DNA from: an uncultured Acidimicrobiaceae bacterium
GTDB lineage: Bacteria > Actinomycetota > Acidimicrobiia > Acidimicrobiales > Palsa-688
Reading direction: 5' to 3'
Length of the DNA: 64,000 nucleotides
Assembly (NCBI GenBank): GCA_963780345.1
Contig: CAWABU010000002.1
Span: 595,512-659,511 of the forward strand
Below are positions 58,598 to 64,000 of this stretch, one piece after another (position 1 is the first letter of the stretch; each line of letters begins with the position of its first letter). The position numbers were made by a program, and so were the translations under genes. The notes under the pieces are model-generated. The model was given only the letters and a program-made list of their open reading frames with translations. It did no database searches and was not told the DNA's origin.

Positions 58598-58829
58598 AGC
58601 AAACGCCGTCGGGCAGTGGTGAGATCCATTACTCAGGAGGACCGGGCGCGGGACGTGATACGGCGACCGTTGATGTATTTAATTAAGTCCCCCCGGCTCA
58701 TGCCACCGTGCTTTGCGTTTGTCGCGCCCATCGGGGCTTCGCCAGCCTCCGGACGCGGCGCGCTCGCTGGGGACCTGACCTCAGGCCACCGGCGGGCCTG
58801 ACCGGGTCGGCGGGTGTGGTGACGCTCCC

Positions 58830-60872
58830 ATGGCGGTGACATCGCCTACCCGGCCACCGGCCGTCTCTGATACGGGATCCGGCCCAGCCACACCCGCGGC
58901 GAGCACCGGAATCCGCGGCAGTCGCCGGGCCGCCACGACCCTCCTCGACCAGGGCTTCTCCTCGGTCTCGAACTTCGCAGTCGGCGTCGCGGTCGCCAGG
59001 GTAGCGGGCGCGGCCGGTCTTGGTGCCTTTGCCTTTGCGTACGCCGGCTGGCTGGTCCTCGCCGACATGCACCGGGCCCTCATCACCGACCCCATGGCCA
59101 TCGAGGGTGACGTCCGCGTGGGAGGGACGAATGGCATCGAGCGGGGCTTCGCCGCCGAGGTCCTGTTGGGCTCGGGTGCTGCGGTGGTGTTTGCGGCGCT
59201 CGGAGCGGCTCTGATGCTGGTCCATGCGCATACCTTCGCGACCGCCATGCTCTTCCTGGCCCCGTGGCTGCCGATGCTCCTGGTCCAGGACTACTGGCGA
59301 TGGGTGAGCTTCATGAGCCAGCAACCCGGGCGGGCCCTCGCCAACGACACTGTCTTCAACTGCGTGCAGGGCGCCGCCTTCATCGCCATCTACGTCACCC
59401 ATCTGCGCTCGGTGGCGGCCGTAATCACGGCATGGGGACTCGGGGGCGCGGCCGGAGCGATCTTCGGTCTCTGCCAGTACCGGGTGATTCCGACGCTCCG
59501 GGGCGGACTATCGCTGCTGCGCAGCCGTTGGGGCATGAGCAAATGGCTGGCCGCCACGTCGTTGATGGGGTGGGGCTCGAGCCAGGCCTATGTGTACGTG
59601 GCCGGAGCCATCCTGGGGCCGGCGGGTCTCGGCGGGCTGAAGGCGGCCCAGACATTGGTGGCCGGTCCGGCCGGGGTGCTGATTCAAGCCGGCGGGAGCA
59701 TCGGGCTGCCGGAAGCGAGCAAAGCCCACGCCGAAAAGGGCTGGGCTGGCCTGGTCAAGGTGTCGCGAATGGTGACGGCAGCCGGTGTCGTGAGCTTCGC
59801 GGCCGGTGCCCTGGTGATCCTGATCTGGGGGCGGGTCCTGCTCTCCAAGATCTACGGACCACAGTTCGCCCATGAGGAGCTCGCGGCCCTGCTGATCGCG
59901 ATCGCCTACATCTTCATGGGGATATCCGTAGGCCCGGTGCTCGTCCTGAAGCAAACCCGCAACGCGCATCGAATCTTCTACACCCAGGTGCTCACCCTGG
60001 TCGTCTCGGTGTCCACGGTCACGCTGCTCTCAATCCGCTACGGGGTGACGGGGGCCGCGATGGCCACCATTGCGACCTACGTGGCCGCCTCCGCCGGCGT
60101 CCTCTGGTATCAGCACCGCGTACGCGGTGCGGAGGCCGAGCGGCCCGAGGAGGCCACGGTGGCGGCCGAGGAACCCGTCCTTCCGGTGGTCCAACCGCAT
60201 GTGGCCGTCCAGCCGCCATTGCTCACCTGGTTGAAGACCGCCCGGCTCCGGCGGCGCTTGAGCCGACCAACACCGGTCCTCCAACTGGTCGAACGCCAGC
60301 TGAGGGCCCAGCTCGAAGCCGCGGGCAGCGGATCGCTCGCGCTGGTCGAGGTCAACGCGGCCGAGCCGGCGGCGCTGGCGATCGGCGCGCTGGCTCGGTC
60401 GCTGGCGTCGGAGGGCCGGCGGGTGGTCATGGCCGACGCCGCCGCGGGCCGGCCCCTGGCGGCGCTGCTTGGCGGTCACATGGCCGCCGGGGCCGTGACC
60501 ATGGTGTCGATCGAGGGACACCCGGTGGGGCTGTTTGTGGCCCCGGATGACCCGGCCCAGATGGCGCAAGAGGAGGCCGGCGAGGACGCTGACGCCATCC
60601 TGGTCCTGGCGACCGCGGACCCGGCCCTCGGAGCCGACCACATCGCCGCATGGGCGAGCGACGCGGTGGTCATGGTCCGGGCCGGCCGAACCAGCGCCAC
60701 CTGGATCGAAACCGTTCGCCGCCAGCTGCGCGAGGCGGATATCACCATCAGGTCCGCGGTACTGGTGGGCGCCGATCCGACCAGCCGATCCTCCGGCCTG
60801 CCGGGTGCCTACGAGTTGATGGGTGACCCCACCGAACATCCGCTGACGGTGGCGCTCAGAGCGGTCGGGTGA
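58830..60872 (+). CDS. Wzx-like MOP-superfamily polysaccharide flippase fused to a C-terminal P-loop-less BY-kinase-like domain
   Basis: Residues 1-460 are a ~12-TM polysaccharide-biosynthesis-protein fold. Residues 460-680 (LLTWLKTARLRRRLSRPTPVLQL..ALVEVNAAEP..DADAILVLATADP..) are paralogous to 48770-49423. Confidence 0.65.
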   Translation: MAVTSPTRPPAVSDTGSGPATPAASTGIRGSRRAATTLLDQGFSSVSNFAVGVAVARVAGAAGLGAFAFAYAGWLVLADMHRALITDPMAIEGDVRVGGTNGIERGFAAEVLLGSGAAVVFAALGAALMLVHAHTFATAMLFLAPWLPMLLVQDYWRWVSFMSQQPGRALANDTVFNCVQGAAFIAIYVTHLRSVAAVITAWGLGGAAGAIFGLCQYRVIPTLRGGLSLLRSRWGMSKWLAATSLMGWGSSQAYVYVAGAILGPAGLGGLKAAQTLVAGPAGVLIQAGGSIGLPEASKAHAEKGWAGLVKVSRMVTAAGVVSFAAGALVILIWGRVLLSKIYGPQFAHEELAALLIAIAYIFMGISVGPVLVLKQTRNAHRIFYTQVLTLVVSVSTVTLLSIRYGVTGAAMATIATYVAASAGVLWYQHRVRGAEAERPEEATVAAEEPVLPVVQPHVAVQPPLLTWLKTARLRRRLSRPTPVLQLVERQLRAQLEAAGSGSLALVEVNAAEPAALAIGALARSLASEGRRVVMADAAAGRPLAALLGGHMAAGAVTMVSIEGHPVGLFVAPDDPAQMAQEEAGEDADAILVLATADPALGADHIAAWASDAVVMVRAGRTSATWIETVRRQLREADITIRSAVLVGADPTSRSSGLPGAYELMGDPTEHPLTVALRAVG

Positions 60873-60933
60873 CGATCACTGCTCCGCAACGAGCCACCGG
60901 AGCGTAGTTTCGTTGGCCGACGGACGCGGTGGG

Positions 60934-63138
60934 TTACAGGCGCACGGCTAGCCCGCTCGCCAGGCTGGGGTTGACGGCGAGCGTGGCGCGGGTCGTCGCG
61001 ACCAGGGAGGACAGCGATATCGGCATCGGCCCGCCCGTGCGAACGGCGTGGAGAAAGGCGTCGATCTCGGCCCGCTGACCCTTGTCGGGCGAGCCGAAGG
61101 CCAACCGTGAGCGCTTCCGCCGACCGGTCCACACCGTGGCTCGCTTGAAGTTGTCCAGGCGAGCGCTGCGACCACCCCGAGACACCTCGAAGGTCTCCTT
61201 CGGAAAGCGGCGGTGGCCGTTGGTCACATAGGTGACCGATGCCAGGGAGCCATCGGGATAGCGCAGCACCACCTGGAGGTCGCGGGCATCGCGTCCGCCC
61301 AGGGCGGAGACTTCGATCGGATCGGCTCCGATCCACCAGGAGACCGTGTCGATGAAATGACCGCCTTCGCCCACGAACCGCGATCCTTCCAGGTCTTCGT
61401 TCCCGTACCAGCTGTCCGCTGATAACGGTCCGGCGTTGACCAGGTACCTGGCCACGGCGGGATCCGCCGTGGCGCCAAAACGGGCCCGCATCTCCGTGAG
61501 CATGGGGGCGAATCGTCGGTTGAAGCCGACCGTCACCCGGTCGTTCCCGGTCGCATCCACGGTCTGCAACACCCGGTCGAGTTCTGCGCCGGTCAGCGCC
61601 AGTGGCTTCTCGACAAAGACCGCCTGGTTGGACTCGAGGGCCCGGCAGACCAGGTCGGCATGCGAGCTGTGGCGGGTGACGATGAACACCGCGTCGAGGC
61701 TGTCGTCGGCCAGCACGACCTCAGGATCGGTGGAGGTATTCGCGAAGCCGAACTTCCGCTGGGCGTTCACCGCGCCGAGCGATCGCCTGGTCGCGACCTG
61801 CGCCAGCTGCACGTCCTGGCGGCCCACGAGGTGTGGCAGCAGCATCGACGAGGCGTAGTTGCCTGCGCCGATGAAGCCGAGCCGGACCGGACGCCCATCC
61901 ACGGCCGGACGGCCCTGGCCGCGGCGAGGTCCGCCCAGCACGGCTCGCGGGCTGGGATCGGCAACGCGGGCTGCCGGCGAGGAACCCCCGTCTGCGGCCG
62001 GGCCGGTCGGGTACTCGAAGAGGAAACCGATACCGCGGAGGGCGTGCGTCTGGAGCCGCTCGTAGACGTCCACCGCCTCGGTGACGGGATAAACCCCGGA
62101 CATCAGCGGCTCCAGGTCGATGTCACCCTTGGCCACCAGGTCGATGAAGCAGGCCAGATTGCGCCGCTCGGTCCAGCGCACGTAGCCCACCGGGTAATCG
62201 TGGCCCTGGACCTCGTAGCCCTCGTCGTAGCGACCGGGACCATACGAACGCGAGAAACGGAGGTCCAGCTCCTTTTCGTAATACGCGTTCCATGGCAGGT
62301 CGAGCTTGGTCTTGCCGATATCGACCACCGTGGCGCGATCCCGGGCGATCCGGGCGGCGATCTCGGTGGGGCCGTTGGATGAGCTCCCGGCGACCAGCAG
62401 AACGCGGTCGGCACCGAAGCCGCCAGAGGCCTCGGCGATGGCGGACTCGATGGCGGCCACCCCCTCGTCATCCGGTGCGGCGGCCAGGACAGCCCCCGTC
62501 TTCTCGGCCAGCCGGCATCGCTCCGCCACGACGTCGAGGCCGAAGACCCGCGCTCCGGAGGCGACCAGGAGCTGGACCACCAGCTGCCCGACCAATCCCA
62601 GACCGATGACGCACGCGGTATCGCCGAGTTGGGCCTCGGCCTGGCGGACGCCCTGCAGAGCAATGGCACCCACGGTGCTGAACGCCGCGAACTGGGGAGC
62701 CACGCCATCGGGCACCGGTACGCAGAGGTTGACGGGAACCCAGTTCAACTCGGCGTGAAAGGCGAATTCGTTACCGGCGCAGGCTACGACCTGCCCGACC
62801 GAAAACTCCTCGGCACCCGGCCCGACCTCCTCGACCACGCCGGCCAACGAGTACCCGAGCGGGGTGTAGGAGTCCAGGCGGTTCATCGCCTTCCGGTAGG
62901 CGCTGACCGGTCCCTGCTGGACCACCGTGTCCAGGACCTTTTTGGCCTGCTCGGGCCGGGCTCTCGCCATGCCGAGCAGCGACATCTTGGACTCGTTCAC
63001 CTTCATCAGCTCGGTCCCGGTGGAGATCAGGGAGTAGAGCGAACGGACCAGCACCCCGCCCGGGGCGCAGGCCGGCGGAGGCACATCCAGTACCGTCAGC
63101 TCGCCGGAGCGATAGTTTTGGGCTACTTGCTTCATCTC
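60934..63138 (-). CDS. bi-domain oxidoreductase: zinc-type MDR alcohol dehydrogenase + Gfo/Idh/MocA NAD(P)-dependent oxidoreductase
   Basis: N-terminal half has the MDR pattern (GVLVRSLYSLISTGTE, Rossmann VIGLGLVGQLVVQLL). C-terminal half is Gfo/Idh/MocA (VRLGFIGAGNYA, DAVFIVTRHSSHADL, EKPLALT). Start chosen at MKQVAQNY. Confidence 0.75.
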   Translation of the reverse strand, partial: EMKQVAQNYRSGELTVLDVPPPACAPGGVLVRSLYSLISTGTELMKVNESKMSLLGMARARPEQAKKVLDTVVQQGPVSAYRKAMNRLDSYTPLGYSLAGVVEEVGPGAEEFSVGQVVACAGNEFAFHAELNWVPVNLCVPVPDGVAPQFAAFSTVGAIALQGVRQAEAQLGDTACVIGLGLVGQLVVQLLVASGARVFGLDVVAERCRLAEKTGAVLAAAPDDEGVAAIESAIAEASGGFGADRVLLVAGSSSNGPTEIAARIARDRATVVDIGKTKLDLPWNAYYEKELDLRFSRSYGPGRYDEGYEVQGHDYPVGYVRWTERRNLACFIDLVAKGDIDLEPLMSGVYPVTEAVDVYERLQTHALRGIGFLFEYPTGPAADGGSSPAARVADPSPRAVLGGPRRGQGRPAVDGRPVRLGFIGAGNYASSMLLPHLVGRQDVQLAQVATRRSLGAVNAQRKFGFANTSTDPEVVLADDSLDAVFIVTRHSSHADLVCRALESNQAVFVEKPLALTGAELDRVLQTVDATGNDRVTVGFNRRFAPMLTEMRARFGATADPAVARYLVNAGPLSADSWYGNEDLEGSRFVGEGGHFIDTVSWWIGADPIEVSALGGRDARDLQVVLRYPDGSLASVTYVTNGHRRFPKETFEVSRGGRSARLDNFKRATVWTGRRKRSRLAFGSPDKGQRAEIDAFLHAVRTGGPMPISLSSLVATTRATLAVNPSLASGLAVRL

Positions 63139-63157
63139 TTCGAAGTGTCCTTCCGGA

Positions 63158-64000
63158 TTACAGCGCAACCCCGGCGGCGCGCATCTGCGTGTACCAAATC
63201 TCAAGGGTCAACAGCTGCCAGATCTGCTTCGAACGATCTTCACGACCGTTCCGGTCATCGGCGATCAGCGCCTCGAGCGGACCGCGTTGCAGGAAGCCGG
63301 CATCCACCAGCTCACCCCGAACGAGCTTTTCATCAATCAGCCCCCGGAGATCGTGGGAGATCCAGGCCCGCAGAGGGGCGGAGAAGGAGGCCTTGGGTCG
63401 GTGGACGATCTCGGCCGGCAGCCAGGCCAGGGCGGCTTCCTTGAGGGCCGCTTTCTGGGTCCGGCCCCTGACTTTCTGCTCGCCGGCGAGGGAGAAGGCG
63501 GCCTGGAACACCATCGGATCGACGAACGGCACCCGAACCTCAGTGGACGCGGCCATGCTGGCCCGGTCCGTGTAGGTCAGGTTGAGACCGGGGAGAAAGA
63601 GGCGGGCGTCGGCGAGACACATGCGATTGACATGGTCGGCAAGGCGGTTGTCGGTGTAGATCTCGAGATGCTCGTTCAGCACATCATCCACATCCGGACC
63701 GAGCTTCGGGTCGAGAAGGGCGCCGAGCTCCCGCGAGTCGTAGAGGGTATAGCTGCGGCGGAAGGCGGCTTCCTCGGGTAGCTCGGAGAAGGTCAGGAAC
63801 CGTTTGGCCCAGCGGGAGTAGCGCAGACCGCGGCCCGCCACGGCCACAGGAAGCCGGTCGACGGTGCCGGAAGCCGCCCCGCGCACGAATCCGGGGAGGC
63901 GCCGGTAGCGGGCCGCCATCACGCAGGCCAGATGCTTACGATAGCCGCCGAAAAGCTCGTCGGCACCCATGCCGGAGAGGATGACCTTGACTCCCGCGTC
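63158..64000 (-). CDS. asnB: asparagine synthase (glutamine-hydrolysing)-like amidotransferase, 5'-partial (runs off the window)
   Basis: The C-terminal synthetase domain, with GADELFGGY and the downstream region, matches AsnB-family enzymes. The frame is open to position 64000. Confidence 0.8.
   Translation of the reverse strand, partial: DAGVKVILSGMGADELFGGYRKHLACVMAARYRRLPGFVRGAASGTVDRLPVAVAGRGLRYSRWAKRFLTFSELPEEAAFRRSYTLYDSRELGALLDPKLGPDVDDVLNEHLEIYTDNRLADHVNRMCLADARLFLPGLNLTYTDRASMAASTEVRVPFVDPMVFQAAFSLAGEQKVRGRTQKAALKEAALAWLPAEIVHRPKASFSAPLRAWISHDLRGLIDEKLVRGELVDAGFLQRGPLEALIADDRNGREDRSKQIWQLLTLEIWYTQMRAAGVAL

Overview
High-GC (~70%), actinobacterial-type chromosomal segment with a mixed core and accessory character. 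The left edge (1-4800) is the tail of a polysaccharide/capsule locus: a BY-kinase ATPase domain with a Walker A motif and a Tyr cluster, an LPVTG sortase substrate, a DUF4012-like protein and an LMW protein-tyrosine phosphatase. Next come membrane/transport genes and a GH3 NagZ-like lipoprotein. A tRNA-Thr(CGU) (11298-11370, minus) sits next to a tyrosine integrase, followed by clear gene decay: a 5'-truncated rhomboid, a multiply frameshifted/deleted epoxide hydrolase, and a carboxylesterase with a 5' frameshift. After that comes a tightly overlapping operon (18153-23942) of three large proteins I do not recognise, with no signal peptides, the middle one ending in two OmpA-like peptidoglycan-binding domains separated by a GSGDQP repeat. 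I consider this the best candidate for an undescribed system in the window. Further right: tandem GH12 glycosidase paralogues, one fused to a tectonin-like beta-propeller; an NfeD-flotillin-YdbS-YdbT membrane module; an MMPL transporter; holB; a triad of TAT-secreted DUF4082 paralogues; and a ~20-kb exopolysaccharide locus (43348->64000). That locus has an ECF sigma, a LuxR response regulator, two GT4 glycosyltransferases, a priming sugar-phosphate transferase, a Wzy-like and a Wzx-like protein, a TylF-like methyltransferase, an AsnB-like amidotransferase, a fused ADH/Gfo oxidoreductase, two putative polysaccharide-cleaving enzymes, and three copies of a BY-kinase-like domain that has lost its P-loop, two of them fused to Wzz or Wzx. 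Many antisense ORFs in the six-frame track are GC artefacts and are not called. All calls rest on motif and architecture recognition by eye; no database searches were run.
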